Shown here: positions 28,201 through 43,250 of the stretch, in pieces
Layout of the letters: each line of letters starts with the position of its first letter
Position numbering within the stretch: position 1 is the first letter of the stretch
NCBI RefSeq assembly: GCF_018977255.1
Contig: NW_024705213.1
Coordinates: 1-62,032 of the forward strand
Length of the DNA stretch: 62,032 nt
From: Callorhinchus milii
Taxonomy: Eukaryota
Reading direction: 5' to 3'
The notes under the pieces: model-generated
Seen by the model: the letters and a program-made list of their open reading frames with translations, nothing else
The model's database searches: none
What the model was told of the DNA's origin: nothing
Translations under genes and position numbers: made by a program

Positions 28201-31200
28201 TTGCAGGCGATGGATGTAGGCATTCACTGTTTGGTATAAGATAGCATAACAGGCGTAGTGCATTTGCCACACCTGACGACTCCGCTTTTGCCCAGAACCG
28301 AAATCTGCTAATACTTTATCCATCGTGTGCCTGTAGTGCCGTCATGATAGTCCTCTTCTCCTTTTTGGAGGTGTCCCGGGGGTCATAGGTTCGTACGGTC
28401 ATCTTGGCTTATAATACTAGACGTCATCCGGAATCACATCTGCAGAATCTAAGGCCGGAGAGGTTACATCTATTAAAACCGCATACATTCAAACCAATTA
28501 CTCGCTCTGACTTTATATAGATGAAGTCAAGCCATTGTGAAGATCATTCCCTCGTAATCGATCAGCTATCCAGAAAAAAGTATGCGAGGATGCTGTCTGA
28601 CATCTCTCTTGCAAGGTTCAAGCCAGATACTCCGTCATACCGTGTCGCCTTTCTGCCTATTACTCAATGGAAACTACACTTTGGGCCAGGTTTGGTAGGA
28701 TCTCCGACCGGCGTGATTTGCTATAGCTATCACGATAACAGTAATCATCCCCACTTGCTGAGTTTTAGCCCGATCCTTCCCTCCTTGGAATATTACCAGC
28801 ATATTCTCACACTCCACTAACCGTGTAAGGTGACGCAAATCTGGCGTTGTCCGATTTTATATTAGAACAATGAGGAGAATGGCATAACCGGCATCTCTGT
28901 GTGTCAGCAAATGGGCGACCATTTGAGGATTGTCTGTGTGGACGTTTGTAAGGCTCCAAAAATTGACGGTATAGATAAGCGAACGACGGAATTTGCTAAT
29001 TAGGTTTAACTGATTGACGAGGTCTATATGGTGTTGGATATGCACAGAGGTTTCCATGCACCACTATTCCCAGGCGGGACGCCGTTGTACACTTGCGGTA
29101 ATGCGACGGTGACTAGGATTGCGTACCCTTTAGTGTGGACTTCGATTGGGCACTAATATAATTCGCGTTTCGTCACTCACGTAGCTGGTATTACCATCAC
29201 CAGTTCCAGGTACCTTGATGAGCGTCGGTGAACGCGAGTTGAATGGGATCCACTTACTGCGGGTTATAGACTCATATGCTTTCGCCCTATTCGTCCTCTT
29301 ACAGCTTTTCAAGCTTCACAGGTGGAAGACAATTTTCTGACAGATAACTGTGCATAACCTGTAACGTAACATAAGGCGTTGAGATTTGAAGGCGTGCACT
29401 TCCGGTGCTTCAATGCTGTTACAGCGTTGCAAGGTAGCTAACTATACAAGAAAGAGTCGCCGAGCGCCCATTGTTTGGCTACCACCGGACCCCCGGGCAC
29501 AAGTGCAATAACATTTAAAAAGAAATTTCCAGGCAACCCGCTACTTGTAATTCGCATCACCTTAGTGAGACACGGCATAAAACTCATATTATCGTGCGCG
29601 CTCAACGTTCGGCGCTTCACTCAGAGGGATAATGAATAGCCATACTCCGCAACATTTGTTGCGCATTAGGGGCTTCGTGAAATCTCCCTTACCCTCAAAT
29701 AGGGGCACGCACACGTGACGTGTAGCATACGCGAAGCGTATTCCAACTGGGATCACTAGTCGAGCCGACCGGAGAGTGATTACTGATTCCTAAAGAAAAA
29801 CAGCCCACCATATAGAGTGTAAGTAAGAAATGAATGTCATGCGAAAATTTGGCAGTCGTGTTGTCCGTGGCTAATTCATCGTTGGATACTACTCCGCCAA
29901 GTTGCATAAGTATTAACACATTGGTCACCCTGCAGGCAGATACCCTCCGACAAGTATACAAATTAACCGCTTCATGAGTAGAACAACAACATATAGCATA
30001 ATATATTGCTAGGGAGTTACCCAAGACTTTAACGGATCAGCCTATCTGAGCGCGGGCCAACTCTCATCCTGCCAATCTAGTGCCGGGCACCCAAGTACAG
30101 CAAACTCAAGATCATCCGGACCTATATTATGATGGAGTTCCCGCGGTCTGCTTCACTTGATGACAACAGCTAAGCATAAAAGAAGGGAGGAAGTGTATGA
30201 GCTCAACAATGCTCCAATAGCTTGCTCGATCTTCGCTATAGCCAGTCGTATAGATATATAATTGACTATAGAACACATTGATACAGTTTATTATCTCTTG
30301 AATGAAGAAAGGATGCGAGTGAACAGACCTGTATAAACAACTGAGAGGCCTATTGGGATTCAAGGGGACAGTTTTCACGCTTCGAACTCCCTTCGCCCGC
30401 CGGCCTTTTTTGTGTGGGCGCATGTAGCCCATGGGATTCTCCGGCACTCCAAGAGGCGACGGGTTCATTAAGCATATGCTGCCGGCTTTGCCGGACCACC
30501 CATGTCCTTAGACTCTACTTCAACCGTGAAAAGAGGCAGACATTGTAATCGGGTCGGTATCTTTTCCCGAGAGACTTTAGGTTCATGCTCGTCGTGGGGA
30601 AATGTCACCTCCATTCGAATAGTACACTATATCGCGGGCATTTGGAAAAATGGGCACGTCCCGCCGCACTGAAATTCCCTGATTTCGTGCGGTAGTATCC
30701 AAGTTATTTATGCGCAGGACTGTCCCTCGGACTTAGTGGGTCTGGCTTAGCGAGGACCGGTGATGCTCTCAAACCTTATGGACAGATAATAGCTACAAAG
30801 TCATGGTGTAAGTGCACCGATTAGTAGGGGATCCAGGCCCCTAAGATTCACCGGCACAGCACGACAATCATAACCACGAAGACCAATCTCGTACGATGGT
30901 TAGCCGGAGAGCGTTATAAGCTACGCCTCCTCCTTGGAGTTCCTACATGGGCGTATGGCTTAGCCATGTCAGAGAGCATAGTAGCCCCCAATTATTTAAT
31001 TTTGGTCTTTCCCAAACTTTGCCGCGTACAGACGCTGGCTTCGATCGATTTACTGTTAAGCAGGGTATAACGAGGCCCTGTACTGCGCCTACTAGATCCC
31101 ACGCAGCTGTCAAAAAGTTTCACTGGCCTATACGGTACTAATCCTATCGATGGTGAAAACCCATTCCATGACATTCACTTGGAGCCAGATAGAAACTAAA

Positions 31201-34200
31201 TTTACAGAAGTGGAGGAACCACCTAATTGCGCATCATCACATTTACCCTTAGGCTGTACTGTTAATCCGAGTCCCTCGTTTTCGCTTATACTCTCGTGAA
31301 CTGCGAATCAGAATACTTGTGTCGGGGTCCGCGATCTCTTCCTCAGTGCTGGTCTAACCGTCCAGAGCCCACGCAACTGGTCTACATGGGAGGAGGGGTT
31401 GGTCATATTATTTTTGCCGCTCAACAAGTTATAGGTTGACCTCACCCTGTGACCTATCGCACACTTGTTGTTCTAACTGAGGTTTCTTATCCCAGATAGG
31501 CCCTCGGTATATTGGAGCTGCGCGAAATACACTTTTTTTTCAGTCAACAGTCGGAATTACTTAGCCAGAACATCTGGCGAGTGGAAGACGGACTAGTCAG
31601 TTCAGAGGTGAAAAGGACGAGAAGGATATTACCCCTGACTAAGTTACAGGCGTCTATAATATACACCTTACCGGATCCGTTGTTCCGTGGTCGAGAATCA
31701 TCTTACGAGGAATAACGTAGAGTTTACAGTCTAGATTGGGTCCGAGCGATGCTTACCACCTATATGCAATATAGTGTGGCAGGGAACTTTAGCCGCGTCT
31801 TACGGCATACAATTTACATCCATCCTCCGGTGTCCAGGCGCGTTTAAGAGGGGACAGTATCTCAGAGTGGAGCGGTTTTGCGTGTGTAAAGCTTTTACCA
31901 GGCGGTCGACCCCTCATACAGTCGTCAATCGTAATACCTTGGTTCTGTTGAATCATCGAGGTCCAAGGCCTGATCAGCCACATGGGATCCTAATGACAGG
32001 TTAGGGGTTTTATTTGGGACACTCTCACTGTCGGCAATGGGGTGCGCTTCCTCGTCGGCCCGGGTACGGCTCTGCTCGGGTAAGACCAGACTGAAAACCA
32101 ACGACTGAATGTAAGCGAGACTGGACCGGCTACGTTATTTATTTTGGACCTGCGAAGGTAAACTACTTCTCCGCTACATGGTTAATATTATCTTCGGAGC
32201 CTTGCACTTCGTTTTCGCAAAGCTCCCCAGTTTCCAATGACGGGAATATTTTTTTGAACTGCTTAAGGAACTAGGGCGTAGGATAGTTCGACACGAAACT
32301 CGTCGCGAAGCGGTTGTGGCGATAGTGAGATAGTTCTTGGAGGGTAGGATGGTCGCGCATTTCAAGGTGTTAAGTCTATCACACACAATGACATGAGTCA
32401 GAATTCGCAATGCTCCGTTGACACAAGTCGATTTCGCAATCGACGCGTGCATAGCGTAATTTTCACCCTGGAGGTACGTTATAACGTCACCTACAACGCT
32501 CTCCTAGTTCAGAGTAATCGACGGAGCCAGCATGAAGTTGACATTTGGCTAGGGCACTATTCCACTAGTGGCCTGGTCGTGTTGACATCTTTTTTATCTG
32601 CTTTAGGTCTCAAATTTTAGCTCGCAATTAGTGGTACGCACACGCGACACATGGATATCCTTCCTCCTACGGCAGGCAAGAATCCGGCGTCTGGAACGGA
32701 GCTACCCAGCCTAAGTGAGTATAACCTACAAATCTTGATGGCAGTAGACCAGGCAGCGTCTCGCCACCAAGTCGCACATTGAGAGCCTTGGAGCTCCCCC
32801 GGTGCACTCAGTTCGGTTACTTACCACCGCGGCCCACGGGAGACGCTAAGAGGCAAGACATCTCATTCGCATACATCCGGGGCCATCAGTTATGAGAATA
32901 GATAGGTGAAATAGGCTAACATGGCACTAAATGCTTCGCGCATTGTTACATGTACCTGTGCGATTAGTCTGGAAGTCAAATCAACGTTTGGCGGGTCGGA
33001 TTCGAATTCGATCGAGACTGAATTCGATACGACGCCACGTACACACCTTTCGGTGTTCAATGGGCAATGTACCCTTCCGACTGGCTTGTCCCACGCCAGG
33101 ATTAGAACTAATCACCCAGCTTCGTTACAGTCTTACATATAACGGCCTAAGACCAACCTCACGATAGAGAACCTCGCGGTAAGAATGCCCGGAAGAGTGC
33201 TATTTACCCCTTGCTTGAATGGCCTTGTCTCGGATATAAGACAGGCTAGGAATGCCAACGTGCCCCAGTACAGGACCGATATATCACCTTCCTGGGCTCG
33301 TGGGCTGTTGGTTTTGCCCGGAGAATATTCCACGTGGAGTCGTCCGCCCCACGCGGCGCCCTTAAGGCCTGCAGCTCGGCTGTGACCGGGGGTTAATGGG
33401 CACAACCAGGCAAGAACGGAGTCGCGGATCCTCTCCGGATTTCCCATTATTGCTTTATGTGAAATAGTTGAGCTCTTTAACCCGTCAATAACGCCCATCA
33501 TATCTCTCGTGTCTTACTTATAGTCGTCTATGGCAATTTGGCCAAACAGCTAATACCTTCATTCCATTGGGCCAGTCTCCCATAGCTTGTGTTCGGCCGC
33601 CAAAGTGGAAGACATTGCCGTGCGTTTAATCGCTTGTCACTTTCTGCAAATCAAACGGGGGCGCGAAAACGTAGTACGCGTAGATCCTGTCGCGTAGTTG
33701 GGGTTAACGCCGGGAGCAGAGCATAACAGAGTACGTTAGTCCGACAAACACGTACCATCTTATGGGAGACAGATATCGTCCATATACAAAAGAATTTATG
33801 ATAAATGCTTATTAGAGATGTCGACACGCATTATCCATGACGCCCACGCACCGTTAGAACAATAGAGATCGTGTAGCGCGTCCTCCAGGAAATTGTGATT
33901 GATTGCAGCGGTCTGGGAGTGATCCACCTTGGTACCCCGTGGCGGTAGTTGCAGGTTACTAACGAAGCAATGACAAATGTGCAATTCGCGTCTCATGGAG
34001 GCTCCCACTATGAACTGGTTCGCACGGGCCAATTGTCGGGTCCGTATCACCATATTCGTCCAATACGCGTCTAGGGGGTCGACTGAGGAAGAATCCGCCA
34101 TCTTCTTAACGGACAACTAGGGGTTTATCCCGGAAGGATAATAGGTTTAAAAAGACTCTTATCTTGACAGAGGCCCTTCTTACAGGGCACAATAGCGATA

Positions 34201-37200
34201 GGGGGTTCCTAAATAGTTCAAGCCGATCCCGAGGGTACGGAGGATCCGTCAAACAAAGCACGGGAGCGTCCTCAAACACAATCCAACTTTCACGCTATGC
34301 TAGGACTGAAAGTCCAATACGTCAATTCTAAGTCCAAATATACGTTCAAATGGCGGCCTAGAATTGACTTTTAATCGTTAATCGGCGCTTTCTATAAGCC
34401 TCTTTTGGGAATCTTGGAAATGCTACTATGGGGGTTTCAGACCACATCGAACATCACGCCAGGCGATCTAACGGGGACTCACAGAAGTTTCGATATTCTC
34501 TCATTACGCTAAGGACGTGTGCTGTCAAAATACGTGGTAGGCGGATGTATCATAGTGGGTCTCTCAAGATCGAGTAGTATCGCACTAGCGGTTGCCTCTA
34601 CCATCGCATATCGCTAACCGTAACATGCTATCTTGGGCAGAACTAGTTTTTATTTGGTTTCCTCCTACGGTTTGGACTCGCCGTTAGCATTGTTACTGTA
34701 CAGTTGTGGCTAACAAAATTGGGTCGAAGCACTTTGTTGTCTCCGATTGGGAACAGTCTAGCCCTATGCCTTGCAAGCCCTCCCTGCAAAGTTGTCATGC
34801 TGTAGGGCAAACTGATGAGTAAATTGCACCAATACTCGCCTGCATCAGGATCGATGCATAGGGTGACGGCCTTCGCGGCGGAAAAGATATCGTACCGGGC
34901 CGAAGAAGAATACTATCATCCAATTTAGAGATTAAAAGTATCGGCTACCACCTAGAAGCCCCGGCCAGGAACTGCGGAAGCCTCCTTACGATCCCTGCGA
35001 GTACTCCGAGTAGCCTACCTCAACCGTCTAAGTCAGCCACCTCTGGGGTGAAGACTCGGTTGCATTTCATATCTAATATTATTGAACCGACATAGTAAAC
35101 TGTTGCAACGGTCACGAGTTCCGACAAACGCACTTCTGGACACTAGCATATTCGTGGAGTTAGGTCGCTACTACGTTCCAGAGTAAATAGCGGGTGTGCT
35201 TTCAGCTCGTATTTTAGTCGATCAGCTCTCTGCAAGGTACATTCGGTGGCCGGGATCTCTGCGTGCCAACTTTGCATCTTGCTTCTGCCATCTGGTCCCA
35301 GGTCTATATATATCGATCGGCCTGTACACTCATCATTTAGTTGCAGGCCCCGCGGTATCCTTGACCGATCAACGACCGCTCTAAGAAGCCCATAAATTTT
35401 GTGGCAAAAGTGGGAACGTACTTTCGAACATCAGTATCATGTCGCCCAATGAGGTAATTCTGAAAAGGTGTGATGTTACAGCGAGCACTTCCTATGGGAA
35501 AGAGAACGGCGAGTGACTCTCAGTGTGTGTGCATGGCATAATAGAATGCCCCGCATACTGTCGGCAGAGGGAATTTTGATATGGGTGCTTCAGCGAAGAG
35601 TCCTTAGTGAGAGTGTTAGAGGCGGAATATTATACGAGATCGAATCCGCCCCCAAACACAGGCGTCGAGAAATTTTATAGTTAAGGGGGGTGCAGCCGGT
35701 AACTAAGGTAGACAACGCCAGCTACGTAAGGGCTGGGGCCGTGTACGCAGCGAAGTTGGTGGGGAAAGTGCTGCCTCGGGATAACTCGCGCCTTTCTCAA
35801 CCTCAAGTCCGCCCTATCGCTCTCATACACACCATCTCAGATCAATGAGGGCGGGTACCAATCCATCTATTTTTCGCGATTTGATGCAGGATAATAGTCC
35901 TGCAAGAGGAAGACGGTGCCTGAAAGTAATTTCTTCCCAGTTATAAGACCCACGAGGTCTTCCGCGCAGTCGTTCGGGATCGGGACCAGTTCCGTCCATA
36001 CTCGATGGTGAAGTCTTGAGCAGGCTGCCTCTGCTCCTGTCGCTTTTGATCCCTAGCTTATAAGCGATAGAGATTAAGGTAATCGAGGTTGTAGAGTACT
36101 TTTTTATCTAAGCCGAGCATACACGAATTCAACCAAGTAGCGCCGTGAAGTAGTCGAGGAAGTCGTTACTCACACCAGCCGTGCGTTGAACACGCACGTA
36201 TTAGTGTCCCAGCCGTATGCCTCTCAGTTATGGGAAAGGCTGCGAGTCGCGGTACGGGATCTTGAAAACGGAAGTATACTGGAGCCTTGATATGGTCGGT
36301 TGCCCTGCAAGGCTTCACACTATCAGTAGGTATATAAGGGGCGCAACGGCGAAGATCGCATGGGGACCGGCGCCAAAACAATCCACGCTCTGGTCAACAT
36401 CGGGATATCCTGAAGAGACTCACTTTTCCATCGACCGGTTCTTTAGGATTCCGACAACCTCCGTGCTAAAAGTATCCCCCGGTCGAAATTTTCTACAGAA
36501 TCACGCGACCGCTGAGAGCGATCCTTTAGCATCGTGTCAAGGTCTGGATCTAGGTAGTATAGAGTCTCGTCGCGCCTCATACGGACGACCGGTAACTGCG
36601 GGGCTGTGAAAATCTTGCGTGGCAAAGCCCCAAGTTCTAATGTATATTCAACCAACCGCAGCTTCGGCGTCAGGTCGCCAAATTAGAATTTAAGTAGAAG
36701 CTGTTGGGACGTCCCACTTGACGAGGCCATGTCGCGCGTGATAGGCTCATGCGAGTTTGCATTCATGAACGCAGACGAGTATTAGCTACCAACGGCATCT
36801 TGACCAACTTGTCATACCCTCCAACGCATTAGGCGAAGGCATGTAATGCGGCGCTGAGCGCCGACTTGCTCAGCAGTGAGAGACTTAGGGGGAATCACGC
36901 GCTACGGCCCCGTATGTGTGTAATCGGCATTTGACTCTTAATAAACGCAGTACTGAGGTCCTCTCTCCCGCATGATCATTCGTGCCTGGAGCGTATGTTT
37001 TCACTATGGACTAGCGCATGTTTGTTCGCACATGGCACTGAGCTCTCGAGATCCGCATACTGCGCCTATATGACCGGGGGCTAAGTAACAGGTTAAAAGT
37101 CATGACAGTTTGGCTCCTTTACTCTTCATATGGATTTGTTATGGACGCATTACCGTAAGTACCAGTTGCAAAAAACAAGATAGCGTTGCCCGCTCGCTGA

Positions 37201-40200
37201 CTCGAACGGCATGGTCAGTCTAATACCCGCATCACCGGTTTATCGCAGTCGGTGTATGAAATCTCGCCTGTACGTATAGTCCAGGAGGCGGAACACCCTC
37301 CTTCGGGCAAAGAATCCGTATTTGAGCCCGGTAATGTGGTGCGAATCCAAACTCCAGGGCCGATGCAAGACTCAATGGACTTGCTCGCAACAAAAGGCTC
37401 GTCGGAAACTCGAAACTGTGGCTCCTGTCCAAGCAGGCCGTCTATGGGATTGCGGCACTTCCGGTTTACGGGCAAGATATCGGAGCAGTCACTCATAACC
37501 CATGTTTCGCATTGAACCTCTTCTGGTCGACTAATACTAGAGATTTAGTAATTACAACGGGCTTCAAGGGTTAGACTAATCGTTGCTTGCATACTACATC
37601 AAGTGTATTGCATCCTCACCGAGATAGCAGAGTCTTTGCCTTTGAAGCCTTCTATTTACCATTTCTCCAAACAAATAGTCATGCGTAAATCGCCAACTCT
37701 CCTAGCGAAAACATAGTTTGGTGATGACACTACCGGACTAAATGACTTGTCTCTAGCAGCTCGGTGTGACCAAGGCCTGTGTCCTCGATTGGCGGCCCGC
37801 GAATGATAGCCCTCGGACGAATTATTTCGCATGCAGTGTACGAAAAATCATGGGGGTCGTTGCACCCCTCCTACGAAACACAACCAAGCCAAAAGGGCAA
37901 GAAGAGGCGCTAATCATCAAGGAGGTTGTAAGGCCGTGCTCGATTAGGCAGCATGTAGCAGTTCTCGGAAATCTCGTAAACGCAGACTTCTTAGCCGCTC
38001 TATTTGAGCAATTGCTGCTGCATGGTGCTTTCTACTTCAGGAAGGCTTCATGGTAGCTGATGTCCGCACAAAGTGCGTGGTAGACCGCTCGCGGAGTGCC
38101 ACTGTCTAGCTGCACCGGAGCAAGATTAGACACGAGGCAAATGCTAATCCTTAAGTCGTATAGCTGATGATCCGTCAGTCAGGAAAGAGAAGTTTAGCTT
38201 TGGCACCAGTCCTCATGAAGAGCTCCACAATAATCCAGCCTACGTCGTTCTCGTTTGAAGTAAGAGATCGACATCATACGCTTACTATTTATATCCAGCT
38301 CTCTGAGCATTTATCCATAGCGCTTAACTTGAGTATAATACAGGGTCGGTTGTATATTCAGTCACCCCGGGTGTGCTGTACACTTTAACACTGAAATATA
38401 CTTCCTAAACCATTTGCTCTCAAAGTGAAGTCTTAGATGTGGCTTATACCTGCAACTGTTGGGGTTTAATACGACATCCTTAAATTACAGATCATGAAGA
38501 AAATCACAATCTGCTAACCCCAGCAAGTCATGACGTATGCCTCCAGGGAATCACAATTCGTACAGGTAGATCGTTATGGTTGAAGGGGTAAGAAGTCGGT
38601 CCCTGCTCCCACAGTGTCGCGACTGTGGTCTCGAGAGTGTTCTTTAGCGTGTGGACTGAAAATGTGGATTCGGATAGGGCGGACTACGTCAATTCGACAA
38701 AACAGAGGAGATGCGCGTTCGCACAGTTATTTCAACCGTTTTAGAGCACGATAGCAAGCAAGACGGCTAGATTCATCGACTTTCGAATGGGACCTAATCG
38801 TGTTACCATACGATCCATTACTGCCCATCCTGGGCCTTCAAATGTGCGGCCGAAGGCTCAGTCCGCAGAGTCTAGATGCCCACTCCACACTGTGGGCGTG
38901 AGATCGAAGCATATCTATAACCCGGTACATAGAGCATCCGTCCCCAGTGGCGGTATCCGATAGGTAAACCATGGTTGTTCACCGTCGCTTGTCTGTTGGC
39001 AGCTGGATTTGCATCTTTTCGGCCGTTTGGTTAGAACCATCATTAAACAGGTACGATCAGAAACTAGCCTGAAAGACGGTTATGAAGGGGCGCGAGACTG
39101 GACCGGCTATCAACGCCAATGTTCGGGTGATGTTTACCATTTTCATACGTCTGTATCTGTTATCATTTAGCCAGAAGTGTTCGGAGTGCTAGGCTAAACA
39201 ACCAGTTCTACTGTACGCACGCCTCGTACTTATGTTAGATAATTCCAAACCGCTCACTCGGGGGCAGGCGCTCAGATGCCGTCTCATCATGAGATTGCGA
39301 TGAGACCCCCGAACCCGAGGTCTAGGGTAGCGCTGCGACCACTCGCGTGACATTGACAATGATCTTGATTCACGATGCTTGTATTAAGCACGCGGCGCAA
39401 TGTTATCCTATCGAGCGTTCGCCGGATCTATAAGTGCCACCTGGTTCAGGTCCGGGGTCTCTCAAGACTCCAAAAAATATGTGGTTTCATGATACCTCAA
39501 GGTCCTGGCAGAGAGGCTATCAGGAAGGGTGACCTATAGCGTGTTAATAAGTCCGCGAGTCCAGCGGCGGTTCCTGCTCCTACCAGTTGAGAAGTCTTAT
39601 TGTCTACCGAATCCACCCGCCAACTGAATCTGGCTGAGCACCGCCCCAATCGGCAGTGAGCTCTCCCTGCGGAACGGGCTCTTCTCACCAACTTTTGGTG
39701 TAGTAGTAATTTGTTATTCCCATTTACGAAGGCTTCCAGGGATGGTTACGGTATACATAGTGGTCGTTTCTCATAGCTGTACATCCACATACAAGAAAAT
39801 GAAATCTAACATGGCCCTACGCGACAGTACCCAAGCGAAGACAAAACCTATTCAAATCTGGTAACGCGTCGATACAGCCTGTTTCGGTATGAAGATCGTT
39901 CACTGAGGGACGCTGAGTCTCGCGAGAATAGTCTTCGAAGGTCTAGGTTCCCGGTATTCGAGATGTATGCTGTTCTATAGCGGGGATTCGTACGTCAGTA
40001 GGTCCATTTATGGTGCTATGACTCAATAGTTCCCAGTGCTGTGACTGCTGTCTCTAGATCTTCTACTTCCCGCGTTACGCTGCCGGGTGTTAGTTTCAAA
40101 CGTTCCACTCTATTAGCATTACCGCCTGGAAAGAAAAGCAACGTCTGTGGCGATCGCTTATACGAGAGGGTTAAATTGCCTGAGCAGCTCAGGCCCCATC

Positions 40201-43200
40201 GGTCGACATAACCGACTACCTCGCAGACACCGCGTGCTAGGTGGTACGTGCTAACGTGTACTACTCTTGCATCTAGGATAGAACTCGATCTGTGCACCTA
40301 GCGTACTCACAGGCTTGAATATTGAACTCAGGGCAGATGGAAGTAACCAAGGTTCATGGGGACTAACCCCGGTCCACGTACGTATCGTTAGACGGGCAAT
40401 CATCACCAATACTGGACGGCCATGAGGATAACTGCCCAATTAGTTGTACTCAACTTTGGCTATTCCCAGAAACTATCAGGCAGTTGGCCAGGCCATCCGG
40501 TATTGTGCTCAGGATAATAGTGCGTTCCCCTTTAGGTCATGGCCGCTACGACAAGTCCTGACATCCGACTGGCTCCCAAATCAAATCTGTGTAGCTTAGG
40601 CTGGTTGAATGGGGGAAGGGGTTAATACCAGGATGTGCTGCGGTCCTTTAACATCTACCGTCTTGATCGCGCAGATAATGAGTGCGAGCGCAAAGAACAA
40701 CAGTCTAAGCGCAATGAGATGATGGGCCCTATGCCACGACGGTGACATTACCCACATAGGCTGCTCCAGCGGTCTAAGTCCAGGTTCTGGGGTGCGCGAT
40801 TAAGCTCCTCTGCTCTTTGGGGGAAACAGGTCATTACTTTATCTGGAAAATCTACAAGCCCTCTGCCAACAAGACTTTCCTCTTTTTGGGCAGGCATTGA
40901 ATCCCAGTATTATTTAGTATGCGACTATCCTACACCGTGGACTGTGTCGCCCAAAATGCGGGCTCGGATCCGTGGTTAAAATAGGCGCTATTTCTTGGTG
41001 CTAGGCCATGACGCGCTCAAGGCTCTATGTATTTTAAGAACGGCAAATGCGATTCCCTCGATACCAGAGGCCCGGTCCGCTCGAGAAGTCGACGACGAAC
41101 AGCGATTTGTAGGGTCCGGCACTGCATAGCAGTCGCAGGTCGTCTGGCGAGTCTCAGGGGTTCGAAGCGATACCTCCGGAGGCAGAGCCGACGAAGCCGG
41201 CCCTGTACTGCATTCGAATGTCGCGCGGGCAGCCAGTTTGATGAGTTACCGCGGAACCCTCCGTTCGGGCTGTCGTCGGAATCAAAGATTTTCAAATCGG
41301 CCAGAGGCAAGAAGGGTTTTTACGAAGGAGGTGTCAAATCGGTGGTGACCCAGGCCAGTATGGGCTACGCATCGGTCAGTTGCGCGACACCGAGGGAAAG
41401 AAATCATCTTATATCTGGCTAAAAGTTTAACAGCACAGGACATAATGGTATTAACCGGGAGCGGGCAATCAGGTAGAATGGAGAGGGATCCTCCGTTCTT
41501 TACGTGGAGCAAGATGAAATCAACTCTATATGTCCCATTTACAGTACACACGGGCACTATCTGCCACGCAGGACTGGACAATACAAGGCCGCAGCATAGA
41601 GAATTATTTATGGACCTGCTTAGGCGCAAAACGTGAGGCCGGACCCACACATATTATTAATTCGGGGGTCCTCTATGCGTAATAATCATGCGGCATTAGG
41701 AGAACTATCAGTTGCAGCAAATTATGACCTCTCCAGGAAGTCAAGCAATGCGGTATTGATAAAAAGATGGCAGCAGATGGCAAGGTTGATTCCTCGCCTG
41801 GTCTTAAAATTACAAAAACGCGTGAGTCTAGCTCACATCCATGCTCGCTAGAGCCAGTTCCGCGCGGAATACGTATGGTAAAGGCAGAGGCAAGGACTAG
41901 CACTGCATGGTGGCTAGAGCAGGAAGTATTCGCGACGCGTGTTCCACAATCCAGAGGAAGATTTAACGAATACCCGCTTGACCAATACGCAAGCTTGGCT
42001 CGAACAATGAAAGAATCACTGCACGGGTCCCGGACAATGGCTCCGGATTTGAGAACCTGGGATTGCCCGAACGACTAGAATAGAATAGCCGCGGGCCACG
42101 TAGCCCCTATATGGAAGTCGGCCAGAGTTAAAGCTTACCGGTAGCTCACTAAGCAAAACCGCCACCGTGGAGGCATGGAACTCTACCAATTTACACCTAG
42201 TTCAACCACGCATTCACAATTGCGGTTTAACTTTTTCGTATATTTGCTGGCTTCACACAGGGGATCCGGAAATCGTCGTAATCGATAAGCCAACTTGTTG
42301 GTTCACTTGCTAAATTTAATCTATAATTGCAGCAAGGGCTATCGTTGTCCCATCTAAATGGGGCCACCGGTCGCGTATACCACCATGTGCCTCAGCATCT
42401 GATCTGGGTCTTCTTTTTATACAAACTCAATCCTATTTAATTAGCTGTCATCCCATGCGTAGGCCCGGCTATGCCCTACAGCCGTCCGAGGTAGGATTTG
42501 CTATTAACTTAATCCTCCAAGGTATCCGTACACATTCTACTTTATGGTGCACGTAGTTATTGACGCTGTCGACACTCCCATACGTGTAGATGTTGGCACC
42601 TGTCAGGATTATTGGTGTCGACAATACTTTGTCGGTACAGGCAAATGCCAACGTCCCACACGGCTAGCCGGATTTACTTGAGTGAAGGAGTCGGGCGCGT
42701 CATGGAGCCTGAAGTGGAACCGTCGTAGTTTCTGCCCCGGTGGCGACCGAGCACTGTAACAAGTTCCAAAAACGTTCCCGAGCAACTACGGACCCGGATG
42801 TTTCAAATTAGCTATCTTGTAAGAACTATGGGGCTTCTGACTCCTACCTGGATAGGTGAACGACCCTTAAAAGGTCTCTGCTTCGTCACCTATTAAACGA
42901 TACAGTTCAGTTAAGACCAACACTCCCGAACGGCATATAGGCCACTAGACAACCAGGTATATACGCTACATGCCTCTGCTCACGCCCGGTAACGTAACGT
43001 AGAGGTCTCTCTAGAGAAGGAATATTGGGATCTACGTGAGCACTGGGAGCCCAGCAGGATAGGCCCATTCATAGCGAATACTGCCATTTTGCTAAGTGCG
43101 TCTTTGGGCTTGATCGAACTCATGTACCCTCGCGTTACAAGCTCCATCTGGCTGTGGGTAGTGTCAGAAGACAACCCAAGCTCATGCGAGACTATTTACC

Positions 43201-43250
43201 AACCGGAGTCCGGGTTTCTGACGGGTCCCAGGCTGCCTGAGCAGACGACG
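1232..43250. other. Featureless, random-like ~42-kb block (probably shuffled/synthetic or artefactual); right boundary approximate (43200-43430)
   Basis: Roughly even base usage by eye, CpG and TpA/CTAG abundant, no microsatellites or TE fragments seen, longest homopolymer seen 8 nt, longest ORF 182 aa with no recognisable motif. The flanks, by contrast, are full of poly-A/T runs, microsatellites and TEs. Confidence 0.85.

Noticed and set aside
1232-43250. Hypothesis of an endogenous virus, Polinton, prophage, CRISPR array or bacterial operon in the central block
   Set aside because: No long or densely packed ORFs, no regularly spaced repeats, no TIR/LTR/TSD seen at the edges, and no hallmark protein motifs in the supplied ORFs.
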